Shown here one piece after another: positions 1 to 9,493 of a DNA stretch of 58,858 bases. The notes beneath the pieces were generated by a model, which was given only the letters and a program-made list of their open reading frames with translations, ran no database searches and had not been told where the DNA came from. Origin of the DNA: an uncultured Clostridia bacterium. Its GTDB lineage: Bacteria; Bacillota; Clostridia; UBA1381; CAJOGA01. The translations under genes and the position numbers were made by a program. The stretch's first letter is position 1, and each line of letters opens with the position of its first letter. The DNA lies in NCBI GenBank assembly GCA_905233855.1, contig CAJOGA010000013.1, positions 1 to 58,858 on the forward strand, given 5' to 3'.

Positions 1-26
1 ATGATCCCCCTTTATCTGAAATAAAT

Positions 27-383
27 TTAGTTCAATACACCGGCGAAAGCCAACTGCAAACTCAACAAACGTCCCTGAACGCTGTTTATGCAGTTGCTAG
101 CGTAGGTCGCCCAGTCAGTAGAATCGTGCGTGGTAGGAATCAAAGCCGTAGCTCCGTTATCACTGGAAGCCACTGTGATTGTAGCAGTATTGGCATCAGG
201 CAACGCACTGTTAGAAATAACCAACGACTGGCTTGTGGTAGCGGTTACCTGCATATTAGTTGCATTAACCACTGTGTTTGCTGCAAACCATGCATAAGTT
301 GAACTTGAAACTGCAATGACTGCTACAAGCACCATTGCTATTGCAGCGAAAAGCTGCTTTTGTAATGCCTTTGTGTTTACCAT
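27..383 (-). CDS. small exported hypothetical protein with SipW/TasA-like N-terminal signal region
   Basis: 118-aa ORF. The N-terminus MVNTKALQKQLFAAIAMVLVAVIAVSSSTYAWF has a basic stretch, a TM helix and a TYAWF motif resembling SipW-cognate signal peptides. The body is Thr/Ser/Asn-rich. It lies directly downstream of the riboswitch and terminator. Confidence 0.5.
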   Translation of the reverse strand: MVNTKALQKQLFAAIAMVLVAVIAVSSSTYAWFAANTVVNATNMQVTATTSQSLVISNSALPDANTATITVASSDNGATALIPTTHDSTDWATYASNCINSVQGRLLSLQLAFAGVLN

Positions 384-553
384 AATTTTTTCCTCCTTAA
401 ATTTTTTTATTTTTGGATAAACTATGTATTATTAACGTGCCACGATTTCGTAGTATCCTTACAAAATCACGACGCTGTTCTACGGTGCTGCACTTTTTTC
501 TATCGGATGTTAAAGGCTTATGCGTATCGTTGCACTTAATAAACAAAAATAAA

Positions 554-590
554 TAAAAAAACCGATCCGCACATAACGTGTACGAATCGG
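554..590 (-). terminator. intrinsic terminator forming the riboswitch expression platform
   Basis: Minus strand reads CCGAUUCGUAC-ACGUUAU-GUGCGGAUCGG followed by U7. Its 5' arm overlaps the 3' strand of aptamer P1. Confidence 0.7.
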
Positions 591-662
591 CAACTGGCTG
601 ACTTCTTTCTGAGTCCCTATAGCTTTGCGTCACCACTTCACAGTGGCTTTGCCTTTCGATTT
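585..662 (-). promoter_or_regulatory. c-di-GMP-I (GEMM-I) riboswitch aptamer
   Basis: Minus-strand RNA is AAAUCGAAAGGCAAAGCCACUGUGAAGUGGUGACGCAAAGCUAUAGGGACUCAGAAAGAAGUCAGCCAGUUGCCGAUU. It carries the GGCAAA, GNRA-capped P2 (GUGA), GACGCAAAGC and GCCAGUUGCCGA hallmarks of the class. Confidence 0.85.
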
Positions 663-680
663 ATTTTATTCTCTACAATA

Positions 681-709
681 ATGTTATACCATTTTTTAAA
701 ATTTGTCAA
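681..709 (-). promoter_or_regulatory. sigma-A type promoter driving the riboswitch leader
   Basis: Minus strand has TTGACA (704-709), a 17-nt spacer and TAACAT (681-686). An alternative reading is TGGTATAAC as an extended -10. Confidence 0.55.
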
Positions 710-862
710 TACTTTTTTTAAAAATTTTTTTAAAGCTTTTCCGCGTTGCCACGGAAGGCTTGGTCTCTGCCGTTCTGCTCACTGCAATTCCTGCTGCAAC
801 GCCATGAGCAAAGCCGAACATTCTTATGTTATAACCTTTCTTAAGTCGCTTTCTTTATGCCC

Positions 863-891
863 ATAATATACCATTTTTTTCCTGTTGTCAA
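863..891 (-). promoter_or_regulatory. second copy of the same promoter module
   Basis: Minus strand has TTGACA (886-891), a 17-nt spacer and TATTAT (863-868). About 55 nt around it is near-identical to the 676-730 module. Confidence 0.5.
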
Positions 892-972
892 TACTTTTTT
901 AAAAAATTTTTTCAAAAAGAAAATTTTCAGGTAAAATACCGTCAATGTAATAACAGTCAAACACCTTAATTT

Positions 973-2334
973 TTAAAATCTTCTTATGTTGATATTTTCC
1001 ATATGTCTTTTCTGTTCCATACGCAGTTTGCTTCTTCTGCGGCGTCTGTTTATTCTTCTCAGTATAAGCAGATAAATATATATGCCGGCGATCAGCAGCA
1101 CGATAATTATGAACCACCAACTGCACACAACGGCTTTCACACCGCTGCCGATAAGCGAAAGAATACTCTTTTTCACGTCGTTCTGTGATACCAGGTCGCA
1201 GCTTGCAATAACTTCATCATTATAGCTGTATGTGATTGTGCCAAGCTTTTCACCTTTTGCCACAGGTGCTTTTATTTTTTCGTTTATTGTTACCTGAGTT
1301 GTTATATCCTCTTTTTTGTAGTTCTTCGGCAGCAACGCAAACACATCATCGCCTGTCGTAAGAATTGTGTAATCCTTACCTTTGGCATACTTAACGTTTA
1401 CTTCCGATACAATATCGCCCGCTTTTGCAATAGTTGAATAGGCAAAATTGTCAAACGCATAGTTAAAAAGGGATATTGTGTCGGAAAACGAGTACAAGCT
1501 CTTTGTTCCGGCGTTGGTAACGTTCATAACAGCGGTTATAACACTCGTGTTATTCTTTGTCGCCGATGCCACCAGACAGTTTTTCGCCTTTTCCGTATAA
1601 CCTGTTTTTATACCCGTCGCACCGTTGTAAAAATAATTTGAATTTCTGTATCTGCTTATCAGATGGTTTGTTGTAGGCATAATGCGTTCGGTAGTGTATT
1701 TATTTGTAGGCGGCATTCTGTACATAGGCGTTTTTACAATGTCTGCAAAAACCGGATTTGTCATTGCATACCTTGCTATAACAGCCATGTCGCGTGCGGT
1801 GGTATAGTGGTTATCATCATGCAGTCCGTGCGGATTCACAAAATTGGAGTTTGTTGCACCCAGCTCTTTTGCCCTTGTGTTCATCATCTGTGCAAAACCC
1901 TCTATGCTTCCGGCAATATAATCTGCTATCACAGCCGCAGCGTCGTTTGCGGAATATATCATCATGCTGTAGACAAGGTCTTTAAAAGTGAGCTGTTCGC
2001 CCGCTAACAGTCCCATCGTTGAAGAACCTGCCTCAATGCTGTTTACCGTAGATGCTTTTACAGTTATAACATCGTCAAGATTACCTTTTTCCAAAGCCAC
2101 AAGTGCGGTCAGAATTTTTGTTGTACTTGCCGGATACACCTTTTCGTCCGCATTTTTGCTATACAACACCCTGCCGGTGTTCTGCTCTATCATTATGACA
2201 GACGGTGATTCTGTTTCCGGTTGTGCAGGCATATTTTCTTCTGCAAAGCAAACAACACAGCTAAACGCCAATACAACTGAAACAAGTAACGAAACTATAC
2301 TTTTTTTCACTTTCTTACCCCCGTAAACACACAT
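973..2334 (-). CDS. D-alanyl-D-alanine carboxypeptidase (serine-type, PBP5/DacB-like)
   Basis: SxxK motif in PASTTKILTALVAL, an S11 peptidase-like body, and a C-terminal TM anchor with a basic tail. The start is uncertain: TTG 2355, ATG 2334, or GTG 2310 preceded by GGGGGT. Confidence 0.85.
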   Translation of the reverse strand: MCVYGGKKVKKSIVSLLVSVVLAFSCVVCFAEENMPAQPETESPSVIMIEQNTGRVLYSKNADEKVYPASTTKILTALVALEKGNLDDVITVKASTVNSIEAGSSTMGLLAGEQLTFKDLVYSMMIYSANDAAAVIADYIAGSIEGFAQMMNTRAKELGATNSNFVNPHGLHDDNHYTTARDMAVIARYAMTNPVFADIVKTPMYRMPPTNKYTTERIMPTTNHLISRYRNSNYFYNGATGIKTGYTEKAKNCLVASATKNNTSVITAVMNVTNAGTKSLYSFSDTISLFNYAFDNFAYSTIAKAGDIVSEVNVKYAKGKDYTILTTGDDVFALLPKNYKKEDITTQVTINEKIKAPVAKGEKLGTITYSYNDEVIASCDLVSQNDVKKSILSLIGSGVKAVVCSWWFIIIVLLIAGIYIYLLILRRINRRRRRSKLRMEQKRHMENINIRRF

Positions 2335-2351
2335 TCTTTTGTTTTTTTCGG

Positions 2352-3428
2352 TCAATCATTGTTAAGAGCCATTTTTGCTGCTTGGTCCGCTGTTATAAGT
2401 GCATCTATTATTTCATCAAGGTCGCCGTTTAATATATTGGTCAGTTTATATAAAGTCAGGTTAATTCTGTGGTCTGTAACACGTCCCTGCGGAAAATTAT
2501 ATGTTCTTATACGTTCGCTTCTGTCGCCCGAGCCAACCTGACTTTTTCGTTCCTGTGCAATTTTGTCGTTCTGCTCGGAAATCATTGCGTCATACAAACG
2601 CGAACGCAGTATTTTCATGCCTTTATCTTTATTTTTATGCTGTGATTTTTCGTCCTGACACGACACCGTTATACCCGTAGGCAAGTGAGTTATACGCACG
2701 GCGGAGTCGGTTGTGTTAACGCACTGTCCGCCCGGACCGCCGGCGCGGAATACATCTATTCTTAAATCGTTCGGATTTATTTCCAGCTCAACATCTTCAA
2801 CCTCCGGCAACACCGCTACCGTTACCGCACTGGTGTGTATACGTCCGCCCGACTCGGTGGACGGTACTCTCTGAACACGGTGCACACCGCTTTCAAATTT
2901 GAACCTGCTGTATGCCCCCGCTCCCTCTATCATAAACGATATTTCTTTGTATCCGCCGATATCGGTAGGGTTGGAATTCATTATATCTATCTTCCAGTTT
3001 TTTGTTTCGGCATACATCGAATACATACGCATAAGATCCGCCGCAAACAAAGCCGCTTCTTCGCCGCCCGTTCCACCGCGTATTTCCACAATAACGTTTT
3101 TTTCGTCGTTAGGATCTTTAGGCAAAAGCAGAATTTTCAACTCGCTCGATATTTCTTCCAGACTCGCCTTTGCATTATCCAGCTCCTCCTGAACAAGCTC
3201 GGCAAAATCCTTGTCTATATCTGTTTTTAAAAGTTCCAACGATTCATCTATAGTTTCTTTAGCCTTTTTGTATTCGCGATATTTAACTACAACAGGCGTA
3301 AGATCAGAATGTTCCTTGCAATACTTTCTGAACATATCCTGGTCATTTATGACGTTAACATCCGATATCTTTTCGCTCAGATATTCATACCGTTCTTCAA
3401 GACCTTTAAGTTTATCGAACATTCTCAA
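2352..3428 (-). CDS. prfA: peptide chain release factor 1
   Basis: GGQ motif ([25 protein letters not shown]) and the RF1-type PST tripeptide ([17 protein letters not shown]). Confidence 0.95.
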   Translation of the reverse strand: MRMFDKLKGLEERYEYLSEKISDVNVINDQDMFRKYCKEHSDLTPVVVKYREYKKAKETIDESLELLKTDIDKDFAELVQEELDNAKASLEEISSELKILLLPKDPNDEKNVIVEIRGGTGGEEAALFAADLMRMYSMYAETKNWKIDIMNSNPTDIGGYKEISFMIEGAGAYSRFKFESGVHRVQRVPSTESGGRIHTSAVTVAVLPEVEDVELEINPNDLRIDVFRAGGPGGQCVNTTDSAVRITHLPTGITVSCQDEKSQHKNKDKGMKILRSRLYDAMISEQNDKIAQERKSQVGSGDRSERIRTYNFPQGRVTDHRINLTLYKLTNILNGDLDEIIDALITADQAAKMALNND

Positions 3429-3451
3429 GCTCCCTCCAAATATAACTTGTC

Positions 3452-4048
3452 CTAAATAACTTGTCTGCCCTCCAAGGCTTTTACGATTGTCATTTCATCG
3501 GCATATTCAAGGTCGGACCCTATAGGTATACCGTGAGCTATACGAGTAACCTTAACTCCCATAGGCGATATAAGACGTGCTATATACATAGCTGTCGCCG
3601 TCCCTGCCACGTTGGGATTGGTAGCCATTATTATTTCTTTAACCTCTCCGTCTGACAACCGCTCCAACAATTCTTTTATCTTGATATCCTCGGGACCTAT
3701 ATTGTCCATCGGCGACAATGCCCCGTGTAACACATGATACAACCCGTCAAATTCGTTTGTGCGTTCTATTGCCAAAACGTCTTTTGGCGTTTCAACAACA
3801 CATATAACGCTTCTGTCTCGCTTGGGAGACGAGCATATCACACACGGTGTGGCGTCGGTAAGATTTTGACAAACCGGACACAGCGTTATGTTGTGTTTTG
3901 CATCTAACATATTGTTTGCCATAAACTCAACATCTTCAACCGACATATTGTTAAGCAGATAAAATGCCAGCCGTTCCGCAGTTTTATGCCCTATACCCGG
4001 CAGCTGTTCAAAGCTTTCTATAAGCAACTGTATAGGAACCGGATGCAT
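3452..4048 (-). CDS. recR: recombination protein RecR
   Basis: Helix-hairpin-helix [14 protein letters not shown], a C4 zinc finger [16 protein letters not shown] and a Toprim region. I chose ATG 4048, which is preceded by GGAGG. Confidence 0.93.
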   Translation of the reverse strand: MHPVPIQLLIESFEQLPGIGHKTAERLAFYLLNNMSVEDVEFMANNMLDAKHNITLCPVCQNLTDATPCVICSSPKRDRSVICVVETPKDVLAIERTNEFDGLYHVLHGALSPMDNIGPEDIKIKELLERLSDGEVKEIIMATNPNVAGTATAMYIARLISPMGVKVTRIAHGIPIGSDLEYADEMTIVKALEGRQVI

Positions 4049-4145
4049 AAGCCTCCACTCCATTCCGTAATCAGGCAACAGACAAAAATCTCTTTCGCCC
4101 GTTACTTATTATCCTTTTTAATAAACCAAAGAAAAACGGGTTCTG

Positions 4146-4505
4146 TTAAAACAAACCCGGAATATTCATTCCTCCGGTTACCTTTTCCATACCTTCCTGC
4201 ATCATTTCGTCAGCTTTACGCATAGCCTCGTTAACAGCTGCAAGCACAAGGTCTTCAAGCATTTCAACATCGTCTGCGTCAACAACGTCCGGATTTATTT
4301 TGATAGACAAAACCTCTTTTTTTCCGTTCACTTTAACATTTACCGCACCGCCGCCCGACGACGCTTCAACTTCGTTTTTCCCAAGCTCCTCCTGAACATT
4401 TTCCATTTCAGACTGCATCTTCTGAGCCTGACGCATTACCTGGTTAATATCCATCTTGCCGCCCATTGCTCCACCCTGAAATTTACCCGGTCTGTATTTT
4501 GGCAT
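4146..4505 (-). CDS. ybaB: YbaB/EbfC family nucleoid-associated protein
   Basis: 119 aa with [18 protein letters not shown]...[18 protein letters not shown], typical of the family. It sits in the conserved position between dnaX and recR. Confidence 0.9.
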   Translation of the reverse strand: MPKYRPGKFQGGAMGGKMDINQVMRQAQKMQSEMENVQEELGKNEVEASSGGGAVNVKVNGKKEVLSIKINPDVVDADDVEMLEDLVLAAVNEAMRKADEMMQEGMEKVTGGMNIPGLF

Positions 4506-4548
4506 ATAAAATCAATCCTCTCATTATAAAACATCATTCAATATTTTG

Positions 4549-6402
4549 TTATTCTTCTATCTCTGTTATTTGTGCCGCACGGGCTATAACGTTATCCAGC
4601 GGGTCGATACCGTCGTCAAAATCATCTTCTCTAATATCGTAATCATCAACGTCCGGCAGCGGTGCGTCTTCATATGCATCCGCCGCTTCCTGTGCGTCTG
4701 TTCCCTCGCCTGCAGGCACGGTATCAACTGCCGATGCGGCAGGATCCGGCTTGACAGAATCTGTCTTGACAGAATCTGTCTTGACAGGAGCTGTCTCGGC
4801 AGACTCATTTGCGGATTCGTTGTCGGATGCTATGGCATTAAAATCTATAATATCGTCAACATCCTTCTCAAAAACCGCCTTTACCTCCAAAGCATTACCC
4901 GTAACACGTTTCACCGCTTTTTTTATGTTATTCAGATTCATAGGAAGCGACACTATCTGTTTGGAGGTTTGCTCGTTCTCCTCGAAAAGAATCACTATGC
5001 CTTCGGCATCTATGGTTATCTTCTTTCGGAAAATCTGTGCATACACAGGCACACCGCCCGGCACCGTTTCCAACGCGCCTAAAATTTTTGCCCAGCTTTT
5101 TGCCGCTTTGACAATAACGTTATCGGCGGTAAGCTCACCCTTTTTGAATGGCTTTGTTACTGAAAAATTCTTTTCCGGCTTTTCCTCGGCACGTTCGGCT
5201 TCAGGTTGTTTTGACGTCTCTGCTACAGATTCGTTCTTTTCAACCTTAACCGTAACACCGTCTTTTATCTGCTGTTCAAGGGTAGACACCCTGTCCAGCA
5301 ACGCATCGTATGAAACGTCAAATTCGGTTCTGGTAAGCTTTATAAGTGCCAATTCATACACTATCTTAACATTCGGTGCCCATTTTGCCGTGCTTACGGC
5401 AGATGACAGCACGTTTATCATGTTTGATATTTTCTCTATTGATATTTTTTCGCTCTGACGTTTGAGCTTAATCACAAAATCGCTGTTATAGTCAAGCTCT
5501 ATATCCGGTGCAACCTTGCAGACCATTAAATCTCTGCAATACTTTATCAGCGAATTTATAAAGCTGTTCATATCGCTGCCTGCGGCAAACAAGCTGTCGT
5601 TTATATTTATCAGCGTTTTTGTATCGGAATCTATAACCGCCTGTACGGTTTTATACAATGTATCGTCATTCACGCCGCCCATTATCTGCGACACTTCGTC
5701 GGCAGTAAGCTTATCCTGCGACGCAAGCAGACACCTTTCAAGAATTGACAGCCCATCACGCATCGAGCCGTCCGCAAGAGTTGCTATCATATTCAGGGCA
5801 TCGTCGGTAACGTCAAAGCCGTCGCCGTACGCAATCTCTTTCATTCTGACAACTATGTCCGACACTTTAATACGCTTAAAGTCAAAGCGTTGGCATCTTG
5901 ACAAGATAGTCTGCGGCAGCTTATGCACTTCTGTTGTTGCAAGTATAAAAATAACGTGCTCGGGCGGTTCCTCCAGCGTTTTTAACAGTGCGTTGAACGC
6001 ACCTGCCGAAAGCATATGCACTTCGTCTATAATGTATATCTTATACTTTGCCACGCTCGCACTGTACACAACCTCGTCACGAATCTGACGTATATCGTCA
6101 ACGCCGTTGTTGGATGCAGCGTCTATCTCGGTAACATCCAGCACGCTCCCGTCCAATATGCCCTTGCATACATCACATTCGTTGCACGGGTTACCGTCTT
6201 TACTGTTCGTGCAGTTTACGGCACGCGAAAATATTTTTGCGGCAGTTGTTTTTCCTGTGCCTCTTGTGCCGCAAAACAAATATGCGTGAGCCGTTTTATG
6301 GTTCATTATCTGATTTTTAAGCGTTCTTGTTACATGCGTTTGACCGACAACGTCGTCAAACACCATAGGCCGCCATTTTCTGTATATAGCTTGATATGCC
6401 AT
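4549..6402 (-). CDS. dnaX: DNA polymerase III subunit gamma/tau
   Basis: MAYQAIYRKWRP start motif, Walker A GTRGTGKTT, zinc module CNECDVC and SRC motif LSRCQRF. ATG 6402 is preceded by AAGGAG. The C-terminus is an acidic low-complexity tail. Confidence 0.95.
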   Translation of the reverse strand: MAYQAIYRKWRPMVFDDVVGQTHVTRTLKNQIMNHKTAHAYLFCGTRGTGKTTAAKIFSRAVNCTNSKDGNPCNECDVCKGILDGSVLDVTEIDAASNNGVDDIRQIRDEVVYSASVAKYKIYIIDEVHMLSAGAFNALLKTLEEPPEHVIFILATTEVHKLPQTILSRCQRFDFKRIKVSDIVVRMKEIAYGDGFDVTDDALNMIATLADGSMRDGLSILERCLLASQDKLTADEVSQIMGGVNDDTLYKTVQAVIDSDTKTLININDSLFAAGSDMNSFINSLIKYCRDLMVCKVAPDIELDYNSDFVIKLKRQSEKISIEKISNMINVLSSAVSTAKWAPNVKIVYELALIKLTRTEFDVSYDALLDRVSTLEQQIKDGVTVKVEKNESVAETSKQPEAERAEEKPEKNFSVTKPFKKGELTADNVIVKAAKSWAKILGALETVPGGVPVYAQIFRKKITIDAEGIVILFEENEQTSKQIVSLPMNLNNIKKAVKRVTGNALEVKAVFEKDVDDIIDFNAIASDNESANESAETAPVKTDSVKTDSVKPDPAASAVDTVPAGEGTDAQEAADAYEDAPLPDVDDYDIREDDFDDGIDPLDNVIARAAQITEIEE

Positions 6403-6494
6403 GCAACTCACGCTCCTTTTAAAATTCTCATAATTCAAAACAAACGCCTGTTACGGCGTTTATCTGACTGTGTATTAATTTTAACAAACAAATA

Positions 6495-6628
6495 AACGGC
6501 TCCGATTGAGCACCCCTGCAACGCATCGGATAAACCGCTTATTGCTGCTCGGTTCCCCGCCTGACAAGGTTCACAGCCTCCGATCGTACAGGACTCAATC
6601 ATCATCGCCGAATTATTCACACACTTTA
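6495..6628 (-). ncRNA. ffs: signal recognition particle RNA (small, 4.5S-like)
   Basis: Minus strand contains CCUUGUCAGGCGGGGAACCGAGCAGC, the domain IV GUCAGG...GGAA...AGCAGC signature. The flanks GAUUGAGUCCUG and CAGGGGUGCUCAAUC pair with each other. TATAAT lies at 6636-6641 and the hairpin AAACGCCGUAACAGGCGUUU lies downstream. The position upstream of dnaX matches Bacillus scr. The ends are approximate. Confidence 0.75.
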
Positions 6629-6820
6629 CATATGGATTATACACCATATCTGTAAAAAGTGCAACACCTAATTTATAATATTTTAAAACAAGTTCTCTCT
6701 GTTGAGGATTTGCACAAAATTTTTTACAAATATATGATTATTTTTATTGTTTGTGTTGTAATTTTTATAAAGGTGATGTATAATCGGAGCATACAGATAT
6801 TTTTTGAAGGGTGGATTCCA

Positions 6821-9442
6821 ATGAAAAAACGCATTTCTCTGTTTTTGGCACTTATGCTGATATTTCAAACCATGTCTGTCATTATGACATCAAATGTGTT
6901 CGCAAGAAACTCAGGCGGTCGTTTTGAAGAAAGCTTTGACTATGCAAGGCTTAAAGACGGCGACAATTTTCCTACCGTAAGCAACTCCACATGGAACCAT
7001 AACGCTGACGGCGACTACGACGCTTACAGTTTATGGAGAAGTTTTGCCTCTCCCAAAAAGATAATACGCGGCACAGGCAACAGATACCTGGAGCTTGCAC
7101 ACTCCGGAAGCACATCCGGCGTGCAGAAATTCGGTCAGGTATTATTTGACGATTGGGATAAAAAGGCTTTGTTTATATCCGGCACAATAACAACTTTGGC
7201 TGAATTTTCGTTTAATGCAAGATTTACATCAGACGCTCAGGTAGACATTAAAACCTTCAGCGGAGGCGATATACAAAAAACAAGCGATGTAGGTCTCGAC
7301 TTATATTACAAAAACGGTAAACTGTACCACGGAAGTACCGCTTTGGCAAATATAGAAAAAAATAAATGGCATACTTTAAGCTTCATCATAGACAACGAAA
7401 GCAATAAATACTATGTAAGCGTTGAAAACATCGATGATGATGTAACCGTTGTATCGTTTGCCGACGATGTTGTTTGTGAATTTACAAACAAAAACAGCAA
7501 GACAAATTCCTTTGCACTGTGGCTCTACAGCGGTTCAAGCCTCGATTTGGACGAAGTTGCTCTCAAGGCTATACCGCTTGAAGAAATATCCGACTACACA
7601 GGTAAAGCATATACAAAGGCTGACTATATAAACTTTAAAAAGCAAACCTTCAATTATAATATAATTGAATCCGACTTTTTAAAAGTCAACGGACGCGACC
7701 TTTACAACAGACGGGGCGAAAAGGTTGTTCTCAGAGGCATCAACCTCGGCAACTGGCTGTTGCAGGAAACATGGATGTGTCCTATTCCGATAGATAATTG
7801 GGCATACTGGAACACAATAACCACTTTTGAACAACGTTTTGGTAAAGAAAAGGCCGATGCCCTCATCAAGCTTTGGGAAGATACATATTTAACCGAAAAA
7901 GACCTTGACTATATACATGAATTAGGCATGAATATTGTGCGTGTGCCGTTCTGGTACCGTAACTTCATGGACGACGAAGGCAATTACAGATATGACAAAA
8001 ACGGCAATGTCGATCTTACAAGACTTGAATGGTTGGTTGAAGAATGTTCAAAACGCGGCATATACGTTATGCTTGACATGCACGGTATACCCGGTCTGCA
8101 AAGCAATAACCACTCAACCGGCAGAATGAACAACTGTCATGTGTTCGATGATACCGCAGAAGGCGAAATGTACCGTCAGAGAGCGGAGGATTTGTGGGTT
8201 GAAATAGCAAAACGTTTTGCCGGAAATCCTACCGTTGTGGCTTATGATTTGTTCAACGAACCGTATAATGAAATGTCGCGAAACAGCACAACAAACAGAA
8301 ATGTGTGGAATTTGTACGACAGATTATACAAAGCCATCCGCAAAGTTGATCCTGACCACATAATTTCAATGGAAGCTGTTTGGGAATGGAACTCTTTGCC
8401 TAATCCGTCGGAATACGGTTGGGTTAACATCTGGTATCAGTTCCACAATTATAACTATGAAACAAACGAGATAGACAACAAAATAAAAGATGTTAACAAC
8501 CATGCAAGCTGGAATGTGCCGTCGGTTGTAGGCGAATTCAGGGGCGGCGGTATATGGAACTATACTCTTAACACATACAATAAAAACAACATAAGCTGGA
8601 TAACCTGGACATATAAAGGCACGCAAAGAGGCGATGCCGGTCCTTTCGATTGGTATATATACTATTCTGTCGGAACAGGACCGGAAAATCCGGATTACGA
8701 CTATAACACAACGCCTCGTGTTGATGCACAAAACGACACCTATGAAGAAATATGGGAAAAATACAGTCAAGTTGGTACAGACGACGGATTTTTGAAATAC
8801 AGCGATTTGTTCCACACCCTGGAACCGTATACATATTACTATACCAAATCGCCTGTGGCAAAAAGCAGCTGCACCGTAACCTTTAACACAAACGGCGGAA
8901 GCGATGTTTCCGATTTAACTTTAGCAGTCGGAAGCAAATTACCGAAAGAAGAAGTAATTTCTTCTAAAAACGGAGCATTGTTTGCAGGCTGGTTTAAAGA
9001 TAGCGCTTGCACTCAAAAATGGGACATTGATAACGATATTCTTACAGGCGACACCGTTTTGTATGCAGGCTGGCTGGATGAAGACTCATTATTGTACGAC
9101 ATTTCATTTAAAAACGTTACCGACAACAAAGCCGTGATAAATATAAACAACATTGCTTACACAACACCGGACGCTGTTATGGTTATGGCACTGTATGACG
9201 ATAACGGTAACATGCTGAAGGCAGAAAGCAAAGCAATAGCAAGTTCGGATAAGGAAGTCGAATTTACAACGAATTTCAGTTATAAGTATATAAAGGCGTT
9301 CTTGCTGTCCGACATGCAAAATATAAATCCGTTGAGCGAACCTGTTACAGCAATAAATACAAATACTATAAAACGCAGTTTCTTTAACGCGTTTACTCAA
9401 GACGACGGTACTCCGACAACAACCTACAGAATACACCGTTAA
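6821..9442 (+). CDS. secreted glycoside hydrolase family 5 enzyme with N-terminal jelly-roll-like domain and C-terminal Listeria-Bacteroides repeat domain
   Basis: Signal peptide MKKRISLFLALMLIFQTMSVIMTSNVFA. GH5 acid/base motif YDLFNEPY and nucleophile region VVGEFRGG. Repeat segment VTFNTNGG...FAGWF...DTVLYAGW. ATG 6821 follows GAAGGGTGG. Confidence 0.8.
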   Translation: MKKRISLFLALMLIFQTMSVIMTSNVFARNSGGRFEESFDYARLKDGDNFPTVSNSTWNHNADGDYDAYSLWRSFASPKKIIRGTGNRYLELAHSGSTSGVQKFGQVLFDDWDKKALFISGTITTLAEFSFNARFTSDAQVDIKTFSGGDIQKTSDVGLDLYYKNGKLYHGSTALANIEKNKWHTLSFIIDNESNKYYVSVENIDDDVTVVSFADDVVCEFTNKNSKTNSFALWLYSGSSLDLDEVALKAIPLEEISDYTGKAYTKADYINFKKQTFNYNIIESDFLKVNGRDLYNRRGEKVVLRGINLGNWLLQETWMCPIPIDNWAYWNTITTFEQRFGKEKADALIKLWEDTYLTEKDLDYIHELGMNIVRVPFWYRNFMDDEGNYRYDKNGNVDLTRLEWLVEECSKRGIYVMLDMHGIPGLQSNNHSTGRMNNCHVFDDTAEGEMYRQRAEDLWVEIAKRFAGNPTVVAYDLFNEPYNEMSRNSTTNRNVWNLYDRLYKAIRKVDPDHIISMEAVWEWNSLPNPSEYGWVNIWYQFHNYNYETNEIDNKIKDVNNHASWNVPSVVGEFRGGGIWNYTLNTYNKNNISWITWTYKGTQRGDAGPFDWYIYYSVGTGPENPDYDYNTTPRVDAQNDTYEEIWEKYSQVGTDDGFLKYSDLFHTLEPYTYYYTKSPVAKSSCTVTFNTNGGSDVSDLTLAVGSKLPKEEVISSKNGALFAGWFKDSACTQKWDIDNDILTGDTVLYAGWLDEDSLLYDISFKNVTDNKAVININNIAYTTPDAVMVMALYDDNGNMLKAESKAIASSDKEVEFTTNFSYKYIKAFLLSDMQNINPLSEPVTAINTNTIKRSFFNAFTQDDGTPTTTYRIHR

Positions 9443-9450
9443 AGAATATA

Positions 9451-9492
9451 AAAAAACTCCGGCTGCTTTAAGCTTAGCAGCCGGAGTTTTTT
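9451..9492. terminator. bidirectional intrinsic terminator between convergent genes
   Basis: AAAAAACTCCGGCTGC-TTTAAGCTTA-GCAGCCGGAGTTTTTT. Confidence 0.8.
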
Positions 9493-9493
9493 A

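Noticed and set aside
397-636. A 79-aa minus-strand ORF.
   Set aside because: It overlaps the c-di-GMP riboswitch aptamer and its terminator and runs through the U tract, so non-coding RNA explains it.
735-862. A possible second riboswitch (c-di-GMP-II, glycine or another class) between the duplicated promoters.
   Set aside because: I could not match any riboswitch class consensus that I know. I report the region only as an unexplained segment.
681-866. A 61-aa plus-strand ORF with a Cys-rich stretch (CHGRLGLCRSAHCNSCCNAM), a possible small Cys-rich peptide.
   Set aside because: Its N-terminus and C-terminus are encoded by the two A/T-rich duplicated promoter modules of the opposite strand. 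It has no RBS, and its composition reflects antisense sequence. It is most likely spurious.
4546-6495. Several 60- to 235-aa plus-strand ORFs opposite dnaX, and similar antisense ORFs opposite prfA, ppdK, spoIVA, glnS, gltX, phoH and others.
   Set aside because: All lie inside strongly supported genes on the other strand. They lack recognisable motifs and have skewed antisense-type composition.
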